A DNA stretch of 64,000 bases from an uncultured Nitrososphaerota archaeon (GTDB lineage: Archaea; Thermoproteota; Nitrososphaeria; Nitrososphaerales; Nitrosopumilaceae): positions 480,001-544,000 of the forward strand of contig CAWGPD010000004.1 in NCBI GenBank assembly GCA_963824385.1, given 5' to 3'. Below, piece by piece: positions 22,741 through 30,247 of this stretch. The stretch's first letter is position 1. Each line of letters opens with the position of its first letter. Position numbers and translations under genes: made by a program. Below the pieces are notes generated by a model. That model saw nothing but the letters and a program-made list of their open reading frames with translations, had not been told where the DNA came from and searched no databases.

Positions 22741-22911
22741 ATGTGTGAATGTGAAAAAGTCCACATGTATGAAGTTGACTTTAAGCTTGATGGAATGATT
22801 GTAGTTCCAACACATAAAAATTGCGGAGATGCCCTTAATGAGAAACAAGTAGACAAGTTTCAAAAAGAACTAGTTAAAACATGGGGCTTCAAAGACGAAA
22901 ACGAAAAGTAA
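22741..22911 (+). CDS. 56-aa putative metal-binding microprotein (CxCxxxH...HxxC), not in the ORF track
   Basis: Manual translation: MCECEKVHMYEVDFKLDGMIVVPTHKNCGDALNEKQVDKFQKELVKTWGFKDENEK*. Confidence 0.7.
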   Translation: MCECEKVHMYEVDFKLDGMIVVPTHKNCGDALNEKQVDKFQKELVKTWGFKDENEK

Positions 22912-22925
22912 AACTTGGGCATTTT

Positions 22926-22944
22926 AAAAAATAAAAGAAAAAAA
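22926..22944 (-). terminator. T-rich archaeal terminator downstream of the metallothionein-like gene
   Basis: Near-continuous T run on the minus strand starting ~15 nt after the stop. Confidence 0.45.
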
Positions 22945-22959
22945 GGTTACTAAAACCTA

Positions 22960-23100
22960 TTAGAATGAAGATACGTGATCTTTGCAAACTGATGCTTTGC
23001 AAGTACATTTAGCTTCACAAAGACAAGAGCCTTGCATTTCACAATCACATTCTGCATTATTTTCTTTGGATGATTCGCATCCACATGCTGCATCGGTCAT
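22960..23100 (-). CDS. 46-aa metallothionein-like protein, not in the ORF track
   Basis: MTDAACGCESSKENNAECDCEMQGSCLCEAKCTCKASVCKDHVSSF*; 9 Cys in four CxC motifs plus one; TTTTAAAA 23-30 nt upstream; T-tract downstream. Confidence 0.75.
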   Translation of the reverse strand: MTDAACGCESSKENNAECDCEMQGSCLCEAKCTCKASVCKDHVSSF

Positions 23101-23165
23101 ACTGTGGAGATCTCATACAGGGTTTTAAAAGTTATCGAATAATCACCATATTATGATTCGCTACC

Positions 23166-24050
23166 CTATGGCTGATTTTTTAGATCCCCTAGTATTTCGT
23201 TTGTAGACTGGAGTAAAGTTTTGGCTTGATTATCAATTACCACAGAGTCATGCTCCATATCAAGTCCTATTTTTAGCACATGAATAAATTCAGGATTTTT
23301 ATGAATCTGATTTTTAACTCTAAGGAGATTATTCCTGTTTACGTATCCTAGATAAAAGTAGCAATCTGAAAGAAGTAAATTATCTACAAGATATTCATAT
23401 TTTTTTGTTATAATATCAGAATTTCCATTATTTTCCACCATATTAGAAAATCCAACAGTCGACTTGACCATTCTTGAGAGAAGAGATGTTGATGATCTTT
23501 CAATACCAAGAATTTGATGTATTATAGAAAACGTTTGGTTTACTTTATCCTTCTTCATGTTTCTCATCACTTCAAGCATATGAGTTGGACTTGGTCTCTT
23601 CATATTAAGACAAAAAATAGCGTCTGCCAAAGAATATGATGCACATTTTATCCATGCCCCTGCAAAAGGATCACTGATTTTAATAGAATCTCTTGCTTTG
23701 TTAGCAAGAATCCCTGCATCAACAAGACAGCTCATAGCATGAGAGGTTGCAATTTGTTCTTTCTTTTCATTTATTTTTGACAATAACATTCTGAGCTTCC
23801 ATTGATCATCATTTATGATAGTTAAATCCTGGAGTTGGTGTAAGGTACTACTAGTAGTATCATTAAGTGAACAATGATGTATTTTGACAAAGTCATTTTC
23901 AATACGGTGAACTGATTCTCCAGATTTTTCATCCATCACAGTTATGTTATACTCACAACATTGGAAATGAGTTCCATTACTTCTACAACCTCCCAATCCA
24001 ACAGGAAAATCAGACATTGAAAGTAGAGATGGAATTTGTTTTACATCCAT
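23166..24050 (-). CDS. Hypothetical protein, possibly a degenerate nucleotidyltransferase fold
   Basis: VGLGGCR...CCEYNITVMD loosely resembles the Pol-beta hG[GS]...DxD motif; helical C-terminus. Confidence 0.6.
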   Translation of the reverse strand: MDVKQIPSLLSMSDFPVGLGGCRSNGTHFQCCEYNITVMDEKSGESVHRIENDFVKIHHCSLNDTTSSTLHQLQDLTIINDDQWKLRMLLSKINEKKEQIATSHAMSCLVDAGILANKARDSIKISDPFAGAWIKCASYSLADAIFCLNMKRPSPTHMLEVMRNMKKDKVNQTFSIIHQILGIERSSTSLLSRMVKSTVGFSNMVENNGNSDIITKKYEYLVDNLLLSDCYFYLGYVNRNNLLRVKNQIHKNPEFIHVLKIGLDMEHDSVVIDNQAKTLLQSTNEILGDLKNQP

Positions 24051-24159
24051 AAAGAACCAGTCTATGATTTTGCTATAAAGTATCAAAGCTGTTAAAATTT
24101 ACAAATCCATTCAAAGGCAAAACGTTCCTTTAAATTGCTATTCTTTATGGCTTAGCTAA

Positions 24160-24235
24160 GCTCCTGTGGTGTAGTCCGGCTAAGCATACTGCCCTCTCAA
24201 GGCAGTGATCCCGGGTTCAAATCCCGGCGGGAGCA
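24160..24235 (+). tRNA. tRNA-Glu(CTC)
   Basis: Acceptor GCTCCTG/CGGGAGC; anticodon arm CTGCC-CT-CTC-AA-GGCAG; T arm CCGGG-TTCAAAT-CCCGG. Confidence 0.96.
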
Positions 24236-24307
24236 TCTTTTCATATATTTTTTAAAAAATTCTACAATTTAAATTTAAAATTAGTATCTTACTATACCAA
24301 GATTTGA

Positions 24308-24721
24308 TCAAGTTACATTAATTGTAGTACTAAGTACACCAGTTAACGGAATAGCAGATGACAAGCTATCCCAGACAAATACTTCAATAGTATATTGTCC
24401 ACCGTTCTTTGGAATCCACACCTGTGATGCATTAAAGGATTGGTTTGAAAGCATTGATGCTGACATTCCTTGTAGAAAATCTGTACCACCGCTACTGTCC
24501 ATGACTTGAACCAAATAGGTGAACTTTTGATTAGATGTACCATGGTTTGTAAGTGTAGACTCGACTCCAATCTCTTGGCCAACTTGAAAACTAGAAACTG
24601 CGTGTCCAAAAGGATCTACCATACTAGGCGGGGTCAATGTTATACCCCCATCAGTTGCAAGAGCTGATTGTGTAAATCCAAATAAAATAACAGTTCCAAG
24701 TAAAAATAAACTAGTCTTCAA
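24308..24721 (-). CDS. Secreted single Ig-like-domain protein
   Basis: TTG start at 24721 with TTTTATAT upstream; signal peptide; YTIEVFVWDSL; paralogue of 18090-18545. Confidence 0.75.
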   Translation of the reverse strand: MKTSLFLLGTVILFGFTQSALATDGGITLTPPSMVDPFGHAVSSFQVGQEIGVESTLTNHGTSNQKFTYLVQVMDSSGGTDFLQGMSASMLSNQSFNASQVWIPKNGGQYTIEVFVWDSLSSAIPLTGVLSTTINVT

Positions 24722-24813
24722 TAATTTGAGGAGCCGATATCGATATAAAACACTTACGTACAAATCACAAGAAATAACAATCAACCTCATCTTAATCGCG
24801 TACAAACTTCTAG

Positions 24814-24975
24814 TCACGCAGTGATTCTCTTCACTACAATTTCATGTCCTTCATAAATGTGCGAGGCATGATTTATTTTTATTATCTCATTTATTTTTTG
24901 TTCTGAAAAATATTTTTCATTATACCGGCCTAAACTTTTTTTACAATTAAAACAGTAAATCTCTCTAAACTCCAC
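24814..24975 (-). CDS. 53-aa Zn-finger-like microprotein, not in the ORF track
   Basis: GTG start; MEFREIYCFNCKKSLGRYNEKYFSEQKINEIIKINHASHIYEGHEIVVKRITA*. Confidence 0.7.
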   Translation of the reverse strand: MEFREIYCFNCKKSLGRYNEKYFSEQKINEIIKINHASHIYEGHEIVVKRITA

Positions 24976-24999
24976 ACATAAAAAATGGTTTTATTGTAT

Positions 25000-25569
25000 T
25001 TAAGATTCTATATTTGAAGATCCAGGTTGGTCTTTATTTTGATAGAACTGAATTTTGGAGACTTTGTAATAAATTACTTCTCCTCTTCTTTCAATTACTG
25101 CAAGCACTGGTTCCTTGCCCATCGTGGTAATGTCTTCTATTTGTTTTTGAAGCAATCCAATTTTCTCTCTCTTACCTTCAGTTAATCCAAATACGACATA
25201 TTTTGCACCTTTTTCGCCAAATTGCCCCCTTTCATAAACCCGAAAATCGGACCCAAATCCAAATCCATCTTTTGCAATATATCCTCTAGTTCTAAGATCT
25301 CTATATATCAGAAATTTTGTGAAAGAATCAGGATCAAGTTTGATACATTCTGCCATCAAAGTATCAAAATCTATCTGATGGGTTCCTCTGAAGATCTTGA
25401 GTTTATCAATATAAAGTAAATATAGAGATTCAAATGGTTTAAGGAAAAATTTCTTTTTAATTATCTCTCCAAATCCTTTGAGCTCTAAAACATGCTGCAT
25501 ATCTTTGTCAGATACAAGAACATGATCTTTTACTAGAGCTCCTTCTACTCTAGACTCTAACTCGGACAT
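25000..25569 (-). CDS. tRNA splicing endonuclease subunit, probably the structural subunit
   Basis: ESLYL, YRDLRTRGY and GFGSDFRVY motifs; no His at the catalytic position. Confidence 0.85.
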   Translation of the reverse strand: MSELESRVEGALVKDHVLVSDKDMQHVLELKGFGEIIKKKFFLKPFESLYLLYIDKLKIFRGTHQIDFDTLMAECIKLDPDSFTKFLIYRDLRTRGYIAKDGFGFGSDFRVYERGQFGEKGAKYVVFGLTEGKREKIGLLQKQIEDITTMGKEPVLAVIERRGEVIYYKVSKIQFYQNKDQPGSSNIES

Positions 25570-25777
25570 TGAAATCCAATGGACTATTATCAATATAATA
25601 GATCTTGTCGTTCTAAAGAGAAATCGTTTCTAAGATAAACACGAAAGGAAGACATCTCTGGTGAGTGATACATCCAACATCAAGAATTTTTAGAGTTATT
25701 TCACTTCTAAAATACCTAGGAAGCACCGATATGATCTCACGGTTAAAATATAGGGCTTGAACAAAAAAAGTGTTATC

Positions 25778-26287
25778 ATGCACGGAGCAAATTACCGAGT
25801 TGGAAATGGCCAACCATATACAAGAAAGAAGTACATCAAGGGTAAGCCTCAGATAAAAATTGCTAAATTCTACGGAGGAAAAAAAGACGGAGATTACGAT
25901 TATTGCGTACAGCTTTGTTCACAACAAAAGATGCAGATAAGACACATGGCAATTGAATCTGCTAGATTATCTGCAAACAAGGCAATCGAAACAGTTACTG
26001 GAGAAACAGGATATTATTCTACATTAAGAGTATATCCACATATTTTGTTAAGAGAGAATAAAATGATTGCAACTGCAGGTGCAGACAGATTATCTGAAGG
26101 AATGCGAGGAGCATTTGGTAAAGCTGTGAGTTTAGCAGCACGCATAGAAATAGGACAAGTAATAATGGAGGCACATGTGAAAAAAGAACATCTTGATGCA
26201 GCAAAAAAAGCACTACATGGCGCGTCTGTAAAACTACCATGTACTCCAATGATCAAAGTAATTTCATTAAAAACAGTCTCAGCTTAA
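25778..26287 (+). CDS. rpl10e: 50S ribosomal protein uL16 (L10e)
   Basis: YPHILLRENKM and AGADRLSEGMRGAFGK motifs. Confidence 0.96.
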   Translation: MHGANYRVGNGQPYTRKKYIKGKPQIKIAKFYGGKKDGDYDYCVQLCSQQKMQIRHMAIESARLSANKAIETVTGETGYYSTLRVYPHILLRENKMIATAGADRLSEGMRGAFGKAVSLAARIEIGQVIMEAHVKKEHLDAAKKALHGASVKLPCTPMIKVISLKTVSA

Positions 26288-26554
26288 TTTTAAAGAGTTA
26301 AGAATTTCTTTTTGTTTTGTATTTAGAATATTAAGAAATTCATCAAACTCAGCACTTGTAGGATTACGTTTTAAAATTCTTCGACATTGATAATAAAATG
26401 AATTATACAATCTACCTATTACTATACCATAACCAAATGAGTCTGAGTGAGTCTTCAATTCATCTAGTGATTTTACAATTTTGAAAATTTCATCTGATTT
26501 ATCTGCAACCTCATTTATTTTTTGATTTAATTTTACTTCAAGTTGTTTGTCCAT
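26279..26554 (-). CDS. Hypothetical protein
   Basis: 91-aa ORF (GRLYNSFYYQCRRILKRNPT) with an AT-rich promoter upstream. Confidence 0.65.
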   Translation of the reverse strand: MDKQLEVKLNQKINEVADKSDEIFKIVKSLDELKTHSDSFGYGIVIGRLYNSFYYQCRRILKRNPTSAEFDEFLNILNTKQKEILNSLKLS

Positions 26555-26636
26555 GACATACCTTTACAACATCATGTTAAAAAATAGTATTCTAAACAGT
26601 ACCCTTTAATAGACTAATAATTTCTAAATCGGTTAA

Positions 26637-26711
26637 GCGGTTGTAGTATAGACTTGGTTATTATGCGGGATTGCCAATTCTGCGACCCGGGTCCAAATCC
26701 CGGCAACCGCA
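26637..26711 (+). tRNA. tRNA-Gly(GCC)
   Basis: Acceptor GCGGTTG/CAACCGC; anticodon loop TT-GCC-AA; T stem CCGGG/CCCGG (loop reads TCCAAAT). Confidence 0.93.
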
Positions 26712-26712
26712 T

Positions 26713-27135
26713 TTACTTATGCAAGCCTTTTCTAATTATGTCCAATGCATTTTGAGCTCTTTCAGGTTTTGGTAGCTGTATCATGAATACATTAGATTCA
26801 CCATATTGTGAATTAGGAGAAGAAAGAGCAAGTAGTGAAGTTTCTGCCAGTGCTTCAAAGAATTCTACATTTTCATTTGCGTATATTAAAAATTTTTCTT
26901 CAATATTTCCTTGTGAAAACTGTAATGTAACTTTAACAAAAACATGACCTAGTCCATCCTGGAGTATGTTTAGATTAGTCTCAATAGAAACTGGTTTTCC
27001 AGCTATAGTCTTCATTATATTATCAAATTTTCTTTCGTCCAGAATAATACAAGGGACTTGCTTCCCTTCAAAATCAGAGAGAGTAACATCTTTGTGCCTT
27101 TCTGAGAGAAATTTCTCTAGTTCTTCGTTAGCCAT
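26713..27135 (-). CDS. Hypothetical protein
   Basis: 140-aa ORF with TTTAAAAA upstream. Confidence 0.65.
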   Translation of the reverse strand: MANEELEKFLSERHKDVTLSDFEGKQVPCIILDERKFDNIMKTIAGKPVSIETNLNILQDGLGHVFVKVTLQFSQGNIEEKFLIYANENVEFFEALAETSLLALSSPNSQYGESNVFMIQLPKPERAQNALDIIRKGLHK

Positions 27136-27183
27136 AAAAGAAATGTATAATGACTTTTTAAAAAGATACTCTGTAAATTGAGA

Positions 27184-28785
27184 TCAAATGATGCTTAGAG
27201 TTTTTGCCAAAAACTCTATTCGTTCATTGTCTTCTTCAGAGATTTTCTTGCCACCATATTTGTTATTGAAATATATCAGATCTACCATCTTTGACTTGTC
27301 AATATTTACAACTGTGGCATTATACGGAGTTTGAATCTTTTTGTTTGTAAGTATAATCAGCTTGTCAACTATTGCCGATTTTGATATATCAGATATTTGA
27401 TCCAGATCAGGAATACCTAATTCATTGGCAATTATGGCCAATCCCACCTTTGAACCAAAATTATCCTGATACACAGCATCAAGAAGTAAATTTTGCTTTT
27501 CTAGTTTTTGTATTGTACCCATTTCCTGCGCAAAGATGGTCAGACTTTTGACTGCTTTTTTAATTTCCTTTTCACTATCGATGTTATTTCTTCGTATTGT
27601 TAAGAAATCAGATATTGGAATATTCATAATACTTCCTCGTACTCTAAGTCCTGGATATGATTGTCGTATTGCTTCATCAATTACATTTTCGTCAATTTTT
27701 TTAGAATTTGATTGCATTGCTTTTTCCATTGCTTGATACAATATATTAATAACAGAACGCACATTTCTAAACTCGCTAAATTCATCATAAAGTACTTGAA
27801 TTTTGTCTTCTAATTCTTGTTGTTCCTCTATTCCAAATTTACCATTTTTATCACAATGTTTTATGTATTCTGTCACAATTTCAGCAAGTTCATCTTTAGA
27901 GTTTGATCCTGCTAGATCTATTTTGTAATTTGCCTTTTCAAGCCTATCAAATACAGACGGATTAGTATTTTGTATCTCCAAATAACCTGATGGAGTAGAT
28001 ATTAGCAATAATATGGATGCAGGAAGATGTGCGTTTATCACACCCTTAATGAATTCAGTTGAATCTTTATTTCCATCAAGCTCGTCTATTTCAAAGACAA
28101 GAATTTTTCCTAAAAATCTATGAGTCAGACGAGATATTGAGGATAGCATTCCAATTAGCGTTTCCAAGTTTTTAACTTCATCAAAAGAATTCGAGATTAC
28201 ATTTCTAATTAAAATGGATTCGTGATATTCAAATTTGTGAACTAGATACTTGGTCAGATTTTCTATAGATATAGAGTGTTTTTCAGTTATGATATCCTCA
28301 GTTTTTTCTTTTATGGTCATCCCAGTGAGCTTATTTACAAAAGTATAATCAAGTGCCTTTTTGGCTAAATTGTCTCCTTGTTCAGCATTTTCTCGTATAT
28401 AATTTAAGAATTTTATTCTTAATTGTACAAAGAATTCATTATCAAATCCCTTGAGTATCGCATCATAAATTCCAGAGGTACTCTTTGGTGAAATCGTTGA
28501 CAAATCAACATACGAGCATTCAGTGTTGTATCGTCCTTTGAGACTCTTTACATGTAAAGCCAAATGAGTTTTTCCAGAACCTACATCTTGTACAACAGTA
28601 ATTACTCTAAAATCTCCATTTTCAGCAGTTCTACCTTCTACTTTTCTATTTAGTTCCTTTATACATTCAAGCACAGCAACTTTTGCTTCTTTATGTCTTC
28701 TACCTCCAAGTATTTTTGCGTCTTTTTCTGTTGGGGTTGGACTACTGGGATATGGATTTTGTTGTAGATGATAAGGATACATCAA
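27184..28785 (-). CDS. P-loop (AAA+-like) ATPase with an extra C-terminal alpha/beta domain
   Basis: N-terminal NPY; Walker A QDVGSGKT; Walker B LVFEIDE; putative Arg finger FDRL and sensor NVRSV. Confidence 0.8.
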   Translation of the reverse strand: MMYPYHLQQNPYPSSPTPTEKDAKILGGRRHKEAKVAVLECIKELNRKVEGRTAENGDFRVITVVQDVGSGKTHLALHVKSLKGRYNTECSYVDLSTISPKSTSGIYDAILKGFDNEFFVQLRIKFLNYIRENAEQGDNLAKKALDYTFVNKLTGMTIKEKTEDIITEKHSISIENLTKYLVHKFEYHESILIRNVISNSFDEVKNLETLIGMLSSISRLTHRFLGKILVFEIDELDGNKDSTEFIKGVINAHLPASILLLISTPSGYLEIQNTNPSVFDRLEKANYKIDLAGSNSKDELAEIVTEYIKHCDKNGKFGIEEQQELEDKIQVLYDEFSEFRNVRSVINILYQAMEKAMQSNSKKIDENVIDEAIRQSYPGLRVRGSIMNIPISDFLTIRRNNIDSEKEIKKAVKSLTIFAQEMGTIQKLEKQNLLLDAVYQDNFGSKVGLAIIANELGIPDLDQISDISKSAIVDKLIILTNKKIQTPYNATVVNIDKSKMVDLIYFNNKYGGKKISEEDNERIEFLAKTLSII

Positions 28786-29354
28786 ATATTCCTCACGTAA
28801 CCATGAACAAGTCCACGCATTACAATTCCCTCATGACCACCAGAAGAAATTTCATACCTGTCTCTATGATTTTCAATCAAACTTGATGCCATTTGATAGA
28901 ATTTATCCTTGGAAAGATTTTGAGTTTCACAGACTTTCTCTCTGATTTTTGTAAATGGAACCCAGCCTATTGAAGTCGAAGATTCATTTAATGAACTATT
29001 AAACACACCCTCGAAATCTTCGTTTTTAGATACACCTTCTTGCATTGAATATTTTTCCAATTCTTCTTCTAGAGTTTCTGCATGTGCTTTTACTTTTGCA
29101 AGAGACTGACTTACATTCACAAACATGTTAAGCATTAATTTGAATTTTGGATCATTTTGTGTTATATGTTGAATGTAGTTCTCTTTGGTCCAGATAAAAT
29201 ACGCTACACCTTTTTTTTCAATAAAGATTTGCTCTTTTGCCTTTAATTCTTCAAGTATACTCTCACAGTCCTTTCCAAATGTCTTTTTCAGCTCAGTTTT
29301 TTTTATTCCAGTAATCCCTGAAGATTCAATTGTTCCTAGTATCGCCTCTATCAT
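28782..29354 (-). CDS. Putative DNA-binding protein (wHTH - coiled coil - wHTH), translationally coupled to the ATPase
   Basis: 4-nt stop/start overlap; helix-helix-wing patterns at both ends (inference). Confidence 0.65.
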   Translation of the reverse strand: MIEAILGTIESSGITGIKKTELKKTFGKDCESILEELKAKEQIFIEKKGVAYFIWTKENYIQHITQNDPKFKLMLNMFVNVSQSLAKVKAHAETLEEELEKYSMQEGVSKNEDFEGVFNSSLNESSTSIGWVPFTKIREKVCETQNLSKDKFYQMASSLIENHRDRYEISSGGHEGIVMRGLVHGYVRNI

Positions 29355-29399
29355 AGATAAGACTCCATGAGATTTTATTTAATAGCCAATGTGATAGAG

Positions 29400-29427
29400 G
29401 GTAACAATTTGGTGAAGATTTGTTACC
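29400..29427. promoter_or_regulatory. Inverted repeat GGTAACAA-N12-TTGTTACC
   Basis: Perfect 8-bp arms just upstream of the promoter of the wHTH-ATPase operon. Confidence 0.5.
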
Positions 29428-29515
29428 TCATACATCAAGACATGGAACATATGAAAGAACCATTTTCAAAGCAAAGATCGGTCACAATATAAGGCATAAT
29501 GCGATAGAACACATT

Positions 29516-29574
29516 GCAGAATGATGATTAGGTATGCTGATTTATGATGAATTATACCTGGGGTATCTGACTGC
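29516..29574 (+). ncRNA. Box C/D sRNA
   Basis: GCAG/CTGC terminal stem; box C ATGATGA 29521-27; D' CTGA 29537-40; C' ATGATGA 29544-50; D CTGA 29567-70; AATATAA ~25 nt upstream. Confidence 0.88.
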
Positions 29575-29619
29575 TTTAGAAATATGAGACATGAAACCGA
29601 CAAAGATTAAATCTAAAAG

Positions 29620-30015
29620 ATGTTAACTAATGACATATTGAATTCATCAAGTGACCCATGGAAAGATAAACTAACTTCTGAGCAATATGACATTTGTAGA
29701 AGGAAAGGAACAGAGCCTCCCTTCACAGGGATATATTATGATTGTAAGGAAAAAGGCATGTACAAGTGCATATGCTGTGGAACTGAACTGTTTAACTCTG
29801 AGACAAAATTTGATTCAGGAACAGGATGGCCAAGCTTTTGGGAGTCAGTTTCGGACAATGTAAAGATGGAGAAAGATACTAGCTATGGGGTGTTAAGAGT
29901 AGAAGTCTTGTGCAAAAAGTGTGGTGCACATCTTGGGCATGTCTTTGAAGATGGACCAAATCCCACGGGTTTACGATATTGCATAAATTCTGCATCCCTA
30001 AAACTCGAAAAATAA
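29620..30015 (+). CDS. msrB: Methionine-R-sulfoxide reductase
   Basis: [23 protein letters not shown] and RYCINS motifs. Confidence 0.97.
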   Translation: MLTNDILNSSSDPWKDKLTSEQYDICRRKGTEPPFTGIYYDCKEKGMYKCICCGTELFNSETKFDSGTGWPSFWESVSDNVKMEKDTSYGVLRVEVLCKKCGAHLGHVFEDGPNPTGLRYCINSASLKLEK

Positions 30016-30071
30016 AGTAGGTAATAGCAAAGTTACCCTGTTATTAATAGTACCGTATGGTACCGTAATAC

Positions 30072-30179
30072 ATGTTAAATTGTGAGTTTTGTCCAAAGCA
30101 GTTCTTTGAAACTGCAAATGGTTTAGTAGCAAAGACTTTTCATGAGAGTCTTCATGATCCAGATTTAGTAAACAACTAA
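30072..30179 (+). CDS. 35-aa C2H2-type zinc-finger microprotein, not in the ORF track
   Basis: MLNCEFCPKQFFETANGLVAKTFHESLHDPDLVNN*; TTATTAATA 23-31 nt upstream. Confidence 0.68.
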   Translation: MLNCEFCPKQFFETANGLVAKTFHESLHDPDLVNN

Positions 30180-30247
30180 ACCTGGAAACCTTTTTTGTAC
30201 TATACAAAATCAAACCCTAACTTTTTTATCGGTTGTTATTATTCTAA

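Noticed and set aside
26650..26697. Unusual D-loop (AGACT) and T-loop (TCCAAAT) in tRNA-Gly as real structural novelties
   Set aside because: AGACT matches the AGCT miscall pattern, and the T-loop variant cannot be separated from error without reads.
27184..29620. Replication origin with a cdc6/orc1 gene
   Set aside because: No ORB-like repeats with G-strings were seen, and the ATPase lacks recognisable Orc1/Cdc6 motifs.
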